In this document: piece by piece, positions 26,401-39,200 of the stretch
Layout of the letters: every line of letters begins with the position of its first letter
Position numbering within the stretch: the stretch's first letter is position 1
Assembly (NCBI GenBank): GCA_030141605.1
Contig: JAQGDQ010000289.1
Coordinates: 124,001-188,000, forward strand
DNA from: Tubiluchus corallicola
Lineage: Eukaryota; Animalia; Priapulida
Reading direction: 5' to 3'
Length of the DNA stretch: 64,000 nucleotides
Translations under genes and position numbers: made by a program
Notes under the pieces: model-generated
Told to the model about the DNA's origin: nothing
The model's database searches: none
Seen by the model: only the letters and a program-made list of their open reading frames with translations

Positions 26401-29400
26401 TACGTTTTTGGTTGGTATGATTTTATGTATAAAAGTGGGTATATTAGCTTTTGCGTGTGAATAATCAAGGCCAGAGTGCCTTGGTGGTTTTGTCAGTAGT
26501 GAGTGTAAGTACTACGCATTAATTGTTCATAATAATGTTTTGTTTCTTAAACAATTGGATCTTCGGTCTTCTATAACACTAGTTATGTGTAGTTAAAGAT
26601 ATTCAGAATGGCATAATTATCCTCGCCTCGTTTGGTACTGTAAAATAAGATTAGACAAGATTCAAGTTGCAAGTTTTTGATAACTCAGTTTAGTAAACGT
26701 TTATTTACCTCTTTCATAGAAGTTGAAGTTGTTTAGCATAACCGGTGTCTTATCGTTTGCCCCACAAGCACTCAGCTCACATGTTAAGCCATTAGTTCCG
26801 GATCCTACATTGAAGCCAACACAGAGAGAAGCTGACAAGGAACATAAGTAAGCACATCTCATATAACTTTGGACATCTAGTGTCTCCAAAGTGCAGTTCC
26901 TGATTACTTTGTTGGTTAGTTGTTTTTCATATTCAATGTAGACCTTTGAGTTGAATGGAGTTACCATGCAGGTCAAGTAACTCGCCACTATTATGCATAG
27001 TAAGTAACGGATTGCCATAATAATATTTTTCTGAAATGACCAAGAGAAATGTCACAAGCAAAAGGAATGTTCGTCTATAGATACATAAGCGAAGAGAGAG
27101 CAAGACTATGTTATAAAGACTGATGTAGCCAGCAGACTGATTGATTAGTGATGTGACAGTTTTGGACTTGTTGCCAGGCATTGAGACAATAGCTATTGTA
27201 GGTAATAAATGGTGTCAAGGTGTTTTGTATTATTAACAGTATCAAGGAGTCTATGGTCTTCGTCTCGTCGTACTGCATGAATTATGAATGACCATCATGC
27301 AAATGGGCTGAGCACATAAACAAACAAACAACTAAAATAGGCATTTCCAAACAAGTGTTGTGTACATTTTGACTAAGCGTATTTTTGGGACCATGGCTCA
27401 TGTAGTCCTTATGTTACAAGGTACAAAGTAGCTGGTTGCTAGTTAATTAAAGGTGGACGACCACCGATTTAATTATCTGTAGTTTTGATTCATAATTGTG
27501 AAAAATCTAAAGGCTTCGGCCTTCAAACATAGCTATACACAATCTTACACTTTATCACTGACAATTCAGTAGAATACACAGTCATAGATGATGATTGAAT
27601 GAATGATTCGTTCAAAGTAAGTGGTTGCTAGTTACGTGAAGATGGAAGACCACTGATTTAATTGTCTGTAAAGGAAATTTGATTCTTAATGACAAGAAAA
27701 GTGGTAATCACTAAAAAAATATATCATCATTAAACAACAAAAAGGCACAACGTTTCAAGCCGCTGCCGTGGTTTATCATCAGTGGAAAAAGGAAAAAGAA
27801 AAAATCACATGAAGATAATAAAACTACGTTTTTGTATTATACTACCACTTAAAAATTGGTTACAATCACATGTTAAAATCGTGGAGGCACAAATACAAGC
27901 ACAGCTAAAACACGGAAGCAGAAAACAGTATCACTGGTTACAACCAGTGTAATTGACGTCAAGCATGTTGGCCTATCGCTCATTCTCCGTTGTCATGTAA
28001 GGACTCTCTTGGGAAATCGGGACACTCAGCTTGCATTGAATAACAGCTCTCTTTAGTAAACAAACTGACAACTGGTAATTTAAAGTAACAACATGCAATT
28101 TAGTGTATATGCCATATCCTAAGCGTCTGGAGATTCTAAATCTAAAGTCTTTAGAAGAGAGATGCATTCAAAAAGATTTAGCTTTATGCTACCAAATTAT
28201 TCATAGAGAAGTTGATGCTGATTTTGACAATTTTTTTTACCCGTGTATCTTGCAATAGTGGTAGTGGTAGTGGTAGAAGTCGTAGTCGTAGTTATACTCG
28301 TACTCATACTCGTAGCTGTAGCAGCAGTAGACAATTTATTTTGACAATATTCAACATAAAATATTGCACATACAATGTGACAATTTGTCAAGGAGACTGT
28401 CACAAAAAACCTGTAAGGTTACAGACGTGGCAGCCACCGGAAGAACGGAATATTCTACGAGAGTTACAAGAGTGATACAACAGTTATCATTCCGAGAGTT
28501 ACAACTTACATTAATGTAGTTGGCATACATAGCAGTCAGGTAGATTACATGAGTCACTATAAGAAGAGTGATAATTGCTCTTTTAATTCTTTAACAATGC
28601 AGCTTAAGCTGTAATTCTTACTATTAAATAACTTAAATTTAATATTAACTGTGGAATTTAATGATTATATTAGGAACAGTGTATGTGAGAGACTGTTCAG
28701 CATATTTAAGTGTTTTACAATAATGCATCTGTAACTGTTGTCTTGTAGGATAGGAATGGACATTAAATTTATAAACCAGTGGCAAATTTTTATAATACAT
28801 TAGCAAAAACTCATTTACACATTTATATTAATATTTCACAATAGTAACAGAATATACATCTTTAATCTTTAGAATTTTTAATATTTTAAATATGGGATCT
28901 GTATGAGCATTGTATTTAGCACAAGTCATTACTCTTACAACTTTTTTGAGCAACTTTTCTATTCTATTACACTTCGATCCCCACACGAGTATCCATAGTT
29001 AATATGACAGCTAATAAGACAAGCATATATTTTCATTTTGGCCGAAAGTGGTAAGAAATGCTTTAGCCTATTAATTATTTCAAGGACATTACAAATCTTT
29101 TTATATAAGACATCTGTATGAGCAGAACACGGCAAATGTTCATCGATGACTATCCCCAGAAATTTAAACGATACAACACGTTCAATTGTTTAGTCATTAA
29201 ATTAGGTTAAGGCCCATTAATCAGTGTTTTGTCATGGGGCAACACATCACATCCTATCATAGACATGTTGTCATAAGGTTCACACTTCATTTGAACATGC
29301 TAATTCCATTTATTAGTTAAGACTGTAAAACTCGAAGTTTGTTACCAGAGCAAGTTTAAATTCTTTTTTCAAAATGTACAGAGATATAACAAAATTAGTG

Positions 29401-32400
29401 TTTGACTTACCTTCAGCTGCAGAAACTTTAGGTCAGTGGCTAGTTTTTTAAAAGCATCACAAAAACATTTGGTATCCATTTCAGAGAAACTGGTTAGTAT
29501 ATTAAGGCTGTAGCTAAAGTAATCTGATACAAACATGGTGACTGTGTGACAGTACACTTCTGAAACCTCTTGATAACCATACATGTCGCCCATCTGGTTA
29601 CGTTATAGTATTAATTGCTATTTTGTTGTGTAAAAAGTGTCTGTAATGTAGCTTACTGTCTAACGTTCTCAATAGAAAAATGAACTGCTCGCAAATGGAA
29701 AAAGGGACAACTGTAGAGATGTGTTTGTGGAAAGCCTCTTTTTTTGGAAAAATCAGTGACGTGCAACTATTTTTTTATTGCAGTGGCACAGCATTAATGA
29801 ACTGAATCGACTACCCGACCTGAGGCATCTCAATTTTGCTCGAAATCCACTAAATGATTCATTGGATAAAGAGACCCTACGGGAACTTGTTATTGCAAAA
29901 ATAGAAAACTTGACACAGTTTAATCGCAGTAAGGTGTTTATTGCTGAGCTTATTACAGCTTAAAACTTTTCAGGCAATGTTTTCTATTTGCTATTATCTG
30001 TAACACGCAAGTCGATGGGCATTCTCTAGGCAAGCACTACAAATCAAGTTAAAGTACAGTGCAAGGTGACACTATTCGCATGGTAGTAACTTACTATGGT
30101 CCATGCAATATAAGTAAGCTACTGTATTTTGTAAAATAAAATTAATTTATCAAGATATCACAGAAGTGTGTACTTTTCTGTTGGCAAGCAGGCACGGTTT
30201 GCTTCTTTAGTTTTTTATCTCGTGCTCATGAACTGCACCTCTCTTTAAAATGTTTCCCAAATTTAATTTCTGAATTATTACTTATTTAATAATATGTAGA
30301 AAATGGCTTTTCATTGAAAAGTTTGATTTTTGATTTACTAGAGAATTTCTTTTTTCAAGCTGTGTTAATAGGATTTGTCTGCTTTGTGAACAGGTTACAG
30401 AAAGAGAAAGGATGGGAGCAGAACTCGACTACTTGAAAAAATTTGGACGTGACTGGTTAGACTCCGGCGGGAACCGGGATCCTTCTCTCGACAAGTCCAG
30501 TGCAACATTCCTTTCTCAGCATCCCCGTTATTTGCAATTAGTGAAAGGTACTACAAGGTGCAATTATTGCACTAAAAGAAAAAAAAACAAATTACTTGTA
30601 AAAATAAATTTAATTAATTTATCCACATTAAAATGAATTTTGGAGGTAACTAAATAAGTTTAATAAGATGGTTGTCGTATGGTAAACAGAGCAAGCATAT
30701 CACTTTGTGGACATTTAAGCAGCAAAGATTTCTCACTCCTAATTAGATTAGATAGTCAGTAGGTTTATTAAATTCACATGATTCTTCTTTGGATTATTTC
30801 TGTGGGTTAAGGTTTTCAATTTAGAACATTTTCCATGAAGTGAGACAAATATCATTGTATAAGCTGGATACATTTTAAAGAGATTGAGCGACTACCGAAG
30901 CATTCTAGTAGATTAAGAATGCCTTGTTTTGAAACAATTATTTTCATTAATTTTGTTTTCAGGAAAGGCTATACATTAATGCAGTAATGAGCTTTTTCAA
31001 TGAAATAAAATAAAAGTCTTCAAGTTTTCGATGAGTCTTTTTACAATCAGATTTAGATTCATTTTATGTACAGAGTATGGAGCACCACAGGAGTCAGAAC
31101 TTTATCTTCACACTTCAGCCATTAGATCATCTTTGATCTCAGTCAGTATAGAGTGTTTCAACTTGCCCAACGAAAAGCCTGTGCAAAAAAAACTACTAGG
31201 TATGCGTACAATATTTTACAATATCAAAAAGTATCAAGCTTTTAATGATACCGACGAATTCATTGTTCGATTGGACTTTTGACATACTTTTGTCAAACAT
31301 TTGGGATTTAGATTGGTACCTTGAACCTTCGCTGTGCTGGGGCACAGGAAGTTGCTGTATACTTGGCTACAAAAATAAGCAGTACCAAACCTGGTTAGTA
31401 AGTGGATAAATGAGCCACTGGGACAGCGGAATTGGGCAGTGGAATGAGGCACCTGTATTCCATGTAGGGAATGTGTATGTGTGTTTGTATATAGCTAAGA
31501 TGCCCCTGCCAGTTCAATATCTCGTCTTGAAGGATTGTTCTTGTTAATGAGCTAGATTTTATTTCTTACACACCTATTCAATATCAGTTGTAAGCCCTTT
31601 TATTGAGAGATTACAGTCGACTAACTATACTAACTATAAAAATTCAAAGCGGAATGTTTTTTTTTGGAAAAAGAAGAAGATAATGGTATGCAGACAAATA
31701 TACTGGCATATTTTTTGAAAATTTAACTGACGTAAAAGCTGTCGTAGTTTTGGAGATGTAAGAAAGAATTGGACAATCTTCATACATTCTCGCTGCTGGT
31801 TTCATCTTAGTTTAGTTGACTGCATCATTAGCTATTTAAAGCAAATAGGTCTTATTGTGTCGCCATTTAAATATATATACCAAAAGGCAAATCTTGTTAT
31901 GTCAGCATTTATTCCAACACTTCTGTGTTTTTCTTTTGTAGGAACCATGTCAGTTCAAAAACTAAGAGCACTAGTTCAGAGAATGTACAATGTCGACCCG
32001 CAGTCAATATTAATATCGTATGTTAGTCAACAGGTAGGTATTGAATGATGATATAGCTAAAAAGGAATTTGCATTGTTGTTGTTGCTGCTGCTGTTGTCG
32101 TCGTCATTGTCATCATCACTGTTGCTGACAGAAATGATGCAATAGCATTTATGTATTTGTATGTGCACAATAACTAGCATTGTTATTGACGTTTAGATGA
32201 AAAAATGCCCGTAAATGAAAACTAATTTTTGTCACAGAACTTTCAGTCTAGTTTTTGGTCATCATACTGTGATTGCTGAGATAGCATAACGCAAGTTTGT
32301 AGTGTGTTTCGTCACTCTGTGAAGGAATTTCTTTACCTTGAGGTAACAAAAAAGCTGCGAAAAAAGCTTCTCAACTTGGAGCCAAACAACTGCAGCATAT

Positions 32401-32740
32401 ACTCGTTGTTCTGTAGGACTGAAGCTCCTGAAGGAAAAGAACTGCTTTACTTTTAACTGTGTTATAGCGAACAAAGCAGGGGGAAAAGTTGTAAGTCAAC
32501 TGTGCGGTAGTAGCCCAATCCTGGCTTGGCACAAAATTTGTACACCCTTTTTCTCATCTCTTAATTAGTATATTCTTTCGCAAAATGGAAGAAACACTGA
32601 TGTGATGCAAATGTATCGTTCTTAAATTCAGCAATTTTTTATTTCAGATGCCTGACCACTGGATACCGTTAGATAATGACTTGCGGCAAATTTCACATTA
32701 TTCAATCGAAAATGGTGACACAATTTTTGTTCGCTGGTGA
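16434..32740 (+). CDS. TBCE: Tubulin-specific chaperone E (CAP-Gly + LRR + ubiquitin-like), 13 coding exons, 537 aa
   Basis: Exons 16434-16542, 16885-16969, 17900-18020, 19297-19379, 19994-20182, 20473-20578, 21480-21652, 22602-22734, 29784-29933, 30394-30547, 31074-31199, 31942-32033, 32648-32740. All introns are GT-AG, phases match, total 1614 nt. Motifs: WIGLDWDDPSRGKHCG, GSFVRPSK, KPVEFIG, LRR repeats, ERMGAELDYLKKFG, and the C-terminus LDNDLRQISHYSIENGDTIFVRW*. Confidence 0.96.
23369..23415. repeat. (TA)n microsatellite
   Basis: Pure TA run of ~23 units in TBCE intron 8. Confidence 0.95.
25805..27018 (-). CDS. Nested gene: signal peptide/anchor + PAN/apple-like domain + C-type lectin domain, 238 aa, antisense within TBCE intron 8
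   Basis: Exons 27018-26709 (G|gtaaat) and 26211-25805 (ttgcag|GA) join in phase 1, 717 nt. Hydrophobic N-terminus; PAN pattern SYMRCAYLCSLSASLCVGFNV...TCELS; CTLD pattern CPSAFEEFRGGCYFF...WVNARQVC...LVSIES...FWTSGSD...GKWVW...WLDGEPNN...YND...FICEK. Confidence 0.9.
31374..31425 (+). mobile_element. 5S rRNA-like fragment, probable SINE remnant
   Basis: taagc...cctggttagtaagtggat...ccactggga parallels 5S taagc...cctggttagtacttggatggga...cctggga. Confidence 0.4.
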
Positions 32741-35700
32741 CACCTGTGGGCCAGTCTCAGAAACAATTGCTGACAGTTAGTTGTGGAATGCATTCATCTT
32801 GTAATCGAGTTACTTGGAAATTAATGATTTGCCGTTTCATTATAACCTTCAAGTTTTCATTTTTTCAACTCTTTGTAATCTTGTTATCTGTTGTTATTTT
32901 CAAAAGAAAATAATGTATTGTCATGAATTCACTTAGTTTTTTTAGTATAAAAAAACCTTTGAATTTGCTATTAGCAAATGAGCAGCAAAAACCATTTTTA
33001 CCTTTTTTTGTATCAATTGACCAATAAGTAAGCCATGTTTCAGGAATAAAAACGTACTTTAATTAGAACCAACACCATTCAATATAAGAAAAAACTTTCT
33101 AGCATCACAATTGGTTGTAACTAATAGTTGTTTCTGGAAGTGTATTTTGGATGAAGTTAACATGTTGTAACAATGATGATAATGAATGTTGTTCAAAATG
33201 TTTTTGTGACCATATTTCATTCTTATATTGTTATTCATTTTGTTTACCAGTGTGATCCAGTCGATATTTCAAGCCCATTTAGCAGTTTTTGTCAAGAAAC
33301 TTTTTTATATAAAAGAGTCTGTTTTGCTGTGACCCGCGATGTTGTAGTCATTCTTGTACCTGTTCATGTAATACTATTTTGAATGACTTACAGAATTGAT
33401 GGAAAGGCATCGTTCAAAACGTACCGTATGTTAGTATCCCAGTTTACTGAAGTATGCAAAACTGACAAATTCCCGGTTGTTTACATTATGCTTATTATAA
33501 TTAATTGTAGTTGTATGCCATTTTCTGTTCATTTGAAATAGGCATGTGTCATTTAGAAGAAATCATAGATGAAAGTTCAGATTGTGCTCAGCTTTTTAGT
33601 TCTTCAATACTACTGTAGTACTGCAGAAAAAATTAACAAAACACTCAACAGTAGTGTTATTTAAGAAAGTCGTCATTTATTGACCACAAAATAAATTACA
33701 CAGTTTTTTATAAATACAGTAACCAATATTTATTATGTACATTAAATATTACGCTCAGCAGCACCCAGACAAGACATGCGTTTGTACATGGCAGAAGCAA
33801 CATACGATTTCATGTTTTTAGTGCCACCTATTGTGCAAAGATGCAAACGATATCGCAGGATGCTATTTTAAGCTCTGTTTTTTACCTAAGGCAACAACCA
33901 ATGCATATTTAATGTGATACGTGTCTAATAATAATATCAAGTTAATTAAGAAATTATGATTATTGCCTCCAAGTAAAATAATGTACAACAAGTGAAAATA
34001 AGAGCATTAATTTATCATGCAAGTGAATATTAAGAAGGAGTAAATATAAAATAAAATCGTAGGCATTAAAATGCGAAATTAATTGTGCAGATTTTACAAA
34101 ACTATTTACAATAAGTTTACGAAACCCTTATTGATAATACCATGTAAAGTGAACACATCCAACAAAAATTATCATGAAGAATGGACATAATAGAAATTAC
34201 CATAACAGATTTGCAGAACAAAGCACATTCAATTTAAATTCAACGTCTGTCCTACTGTCTACCATTAAAGTTTCTCAACCAACTTTTCAGCAAAGTGAAT
34301 AAGGACGGGAAGCAGGTATTAATTTTCCTAGTTCTAAAAACTCATAAAAGTCATTCAAATGAAGTATTTTTTGTGCACATGTTATTTAGATGCAATATTG
34401 GGGGAAAAAAAGTGCAGCTGCGAGACAAGCTGCAGCCATGAGAATGTAGACAGTATAATCCAATAAAATCCATACTTAGTTAATGTCACTAAGTGGATAA
34501 AATACCATTAAATTAAAAACTAAAAGTACTTAATCTGACAAATGATTCATTTTATTCATGAATTAGTGTTTTTTCTAAGAACAAACACTCGGTAAAGATA
34601 AAAAATCCACTTAGTGGCAAACTTCTACTGTCAAGTCTGATCCAGCCAGATGAAGGCATTATCAAACTGTACTAATTATTTGCATTCATTCACATGTCAA
34701 AAACTAACTCAGCTGGCACAAAAATGTTATTGTTAAAAAAAGCAGAATGATGAATTTGTTAAGCTTAATACAAGTGCAAACTAAATGTGACAGTACCCCT
34801 GCACGTAATCTAACAAAAATAAGATTGCTTAGTCCAATTTGTCAAAGAAATCGTGCCGTATACTGTTGCAGTAAGCTGTTAAAGGCTGTTTGGTGTCAAA
34901 GCACAGGTCTAAGATGACTAGTTGATAAAGCAGCTGGACGATCTTACGACTTCAATTAGAACAACTGTTTAGTGAATAAGATTTCCACTATTGTCGTCAG
35001 TTTGGAGTTGTTAGTACACAATCGGAAATTGTGCTGACAAGCCACTGGCATAACAGTGCCGTAACAGTGGGCATAATAATGATGATGATTGTTATTACAG
35101 TAAAATCATCGTAGTGGGTATTTCTGCCTTAGTATGAAGTTTTCGAACTACTGCAGTTTACATTAAGTGCATTGCATTTTGCATTGAATGCCAAACTTGG
35201 TGTGTAAATCTATGTAAAAAAATGGCAGAAGTACTTAGGAGGTAACTAACCGGATTTGACAGTTTGTAAACTATAAATGTACGCAACTAACATTGCATAT
35301 TTTAAACACATAACATAAGCGAAGTGAAGCGGACAGAACAATTGGCATGACATAACCATGAAAGTATTGTGCTGTAATTCCAGTAAAATGCCTTGAGGAA
35401 GTACTGGAAAATGGCTGGATTGTGTGAGCAAGGCGCGTCCTTTCATACGAGAACTTAAACATGAAACTTAGATAATGGCACAATATGGGATAATCATAAT
35501 AATGCATAATAAAGGTGAAGTACTTTGATTTGTTTACCATTTTACATGCATATCAAGTGACTGTATCAATGATGTAATTGCTAATGCATTTCACATACAG
35601 ACAGAACAGGATAAAATAAAATATACATTAATATACATCTTAGTTTATCACTAGTGTGGCACTGTGCCAAGTCTTACTTCACAGTCAAATTGTTTGCACA

Positions 35701-36202
35701 TGTACAGACCTTACAGTAGAAAAATGGTAGAACAATGACCGAGACTAAATTTTACAAATTTCATTTCTTCAAGAAAATAGAATACTTACACAGTTACATT
35801 TTGTACTAAATTCTAAATCACACAAAATCATATATTGCACTTTTCTTTGGCTTATGAGTAGATAAGCTTTTAAGTTATACAGTATAAACAGAGTAGTCTG
35901 CAAGTTAATTGTCATTAGAAATCTGAAAGAAAATTCCAGTTTATCAAATGAAAAACAACTGAAGCAATTACATGTATTATTACTGGACAGTAAATGGCAG
36001 TGAATTTTACACAATCACCAAAACTAGTGCAATGCAATTTTCCAAAAAATGTTCTTGTTTTTAAAACCAAAATAATTAACACTAAGTAGTACTTAATATT
36101 AGTAGTAACACTAAGTAGTACTCTAACAATAATATTACTGTATTAAAAACAATTTAACATAATGTCCTGTGAAAACTGTACTGCACTAGCGGTGACTTTC
36201 AC

Positions 36203-39200
36203 TCAGTGTCGGTTGCTAAAATCTGGAGATCTTAGGGACTGCTGCAAGGCGACTGGAGTAAGCCACTCTTTGGGTAAACACTGTTCAAGAAACGGGACGC
36301 AAGATGAGAGATATGCTAGCCTGTTAACCCAGTTGGGAATTTCTTTTCCGCAAAGATACTGAAATTAAAACGAATAATGCTATTATCTTTTGCTACTTTA
36401 TGTTTTTTTTATTTCATACAGTTTGATTACATTGCACTCCAGACTCCAGAACTCAGAAATAGTGCTTAGCGTTTACTACGGCTGTGTGGGACTGATACCT
36501 ATTTACCTATTTCATTTTCAAAGATAATTTTCTCTGATAAAACACTGAAATGGCAAAGTAATTTTTCTAACAATAAATTTTGCATTCAGTTAATAACCAG
36601 ACCTACTGTCACTTAACTCGCCAAGTACATACCGTAACAACTTAAGTATTCCTCCCAAATACTTAATAGAAGTTATCAAGATATTTTCTCCTACTACCAG
36701 TAGTTACACATCTGATATCAGAATCAGCAACCGGATAAATACATGTGTTACAGAATAATATTTACTAAACAAAATTCGGATCTTAAACAAAGCAAATCAG
36801 ACCAGCAAAACAATCCTAGAATGTTCTACACCACTAAGCAGTTGCAGAGATCTTCAGACACACAAAAGCCATATCTATGGTATTGCAATAGTAGGTGTCT
36901 TTGGAAAATAACAGCAATGAGAAACTTACCACCATGATTTGTCTTTTTAAGCTATATTTCTCACACTGCTGATTTATTTTAATTTTAATTAATAAAAAAG
37001 GTAACATAATACTATTCACATACTTATCATATGTAAATGACCAGTTTATCATCTGTCAGTTCAGCATGATAAATATTTTAGACACTGCTACAGTCCAGCA
37101 TAAAAATGTAACTCTGTCTGTAGTAATTAACTACAGGAAAATGAAAGTTTCCAACATACCGTAGTGAGTGCTGAAGTAAAGTGATTGCAGTTTTTGCTCA
37201 TTAAATGATACTTGTCTCCTCGAAACTCCTTCCCTAATGTCTCGATTATTTTACAAACTTCAGACCGAGTAAAATCTGTGTGTCCGATCACAATCGACTG
37301 GCTGTAACAGCATAATCAATTAGTAACATCAACTAAGCATTTTGAAAGAATGAATCATACATTAATGCAATAGTAACAGAAACCAGTGCCCAATTTCACA
37401 AAGCTCTCAATAAGTTAACAATGCCAGTAACTTAATTATCAGTAACTGGGTTGTAATAACAATGTTGCTAGCTTAGTGAAGGCTTTGTGAAATGGCCCAA
37501 TTCACTTCACTGCAGGCATCGAACAAATCTTCAAACAAATTTGCAGACACAGTGATTTTTCTCATCAACTTTCGTACACTACACACATTATCACAACAAA
37601 ATGTAATCAAAATAAATTCAGGAATTAGCCAAGTAACTAGTGATCTTTATGCAGCCTATCAAACAATAGTACTTGACTGCCCTTGACTAAATAAAAATGC
37701 CTCAACGGAATGAGGAATATTGCTCAAAAAATGGCACACAATTAGTTATCCAATTAAACTAAAGAACTACGCACTTGTAGGCTGTAATAAAAATTTAGTA
37801 AGCACTGAGTACTCCAGTGGACAGCAAACATTTAGATCAATAAAGTGAAAAACGAGGAATAACCGAATCATAGCAATTTGATTCTGCTATTATGTACTTG
37901 GTGAATCTGGCCATATTGAGCAAGATCTATATCAGATAGAAAACATAAACAGCAGACAGCCAAGACACTCACATGTATTCACTAATCTAATTACCTACTT
38001 TACTATGTTATTTGACTAATTAGTAGAACTCTAGTAACTACCTTGCTTCAAAAGTACACTAGTAGCTCATCACACTTTAAAGAATGCAGGATAAAAGTCT
38101 TGCGTTTTTACCAGGACCACAGATTTTACTCACCGAAATTTAAAATGTTCCCCAAGGTCATCGGAGTCTTTGGGTGAGATCTCAAATATACCTGTCATAG
38201 GAAACGGGTGGCCTCCGTACGCATATTCTAAAACAACAAGAGGTGTTGCAGGAAATTCAACATAGGAAATTCAACAAGCATCTGTAATTTTCATACTTGT
38301 TGCTTGCAAATGCAAAAGTTACCTTGTTTATAAAAAATTCTGTGTAAAGGCATGTTATTTTAAGTTTTGTCAATCTATAAACCACACGAAAGCCTCCACT
38401 AATCTAAAATACTTCAAACAAATAATCACGAAACATGTCTATCATAATGATGGCATGTCATGAAATTTTCAAAGTAACCAATTTTATGCATTTACTCTGA
38501 CTGATTTAACATGTAAATTAGGTAGGAAAAATATCTTCGACATAAACATGCATCTCTGATCTTAGGATCCAGCCAATTACAAAACTAAAGTTAAAATGTT
38601 AATGCACTAGAATTAGATTTCGACAACAAAAATGCAGAACAACAAATTCAAAGTAAAAAATAAAAAAGAAGACAAAAACTGTGCAGAAGTAATTTGATAA
38701 TAAACCTCTTAATGTTTCATAAAAAATAGGCTTATTGACTGCTATTGAACACCTTTCAACCAACAAAAATCTTTAGCTTTTTCCATGATTTTGTTTCATT
38801 TCGTTTTTTTAAGCTTTCCGACAGTCAGCTGACTGAAGAAAAAATGAAATTACAATGAAATCTGCAGAAGTAAAGATGCCCAATAACGAAAAATGCTTGC
38901 ATGGTTGACACTGATCAATAATAAAAGCAAATTTTGCTTCGCAAAGGGTTAATCTGATCTTTGTCAATGACAGCATAAGGGCGGGTAAGGACGAAACAAA
39001 TGAAATGGCAGTGGCAAGTCAAGACGTGCGCTGAATGATTAAACATTCACTGAGATGAACATAAATAGCTACAATGGACGGATGAGCTTCACATATGCAT
39101 GCTGGTCAATAATGGCACTCACGCGCATAGTTGACAGGGATTGTAATCACTTTTATCACAGTTATAGACATGGCTTGCTGATAACTCAGCCAGTCTAACA

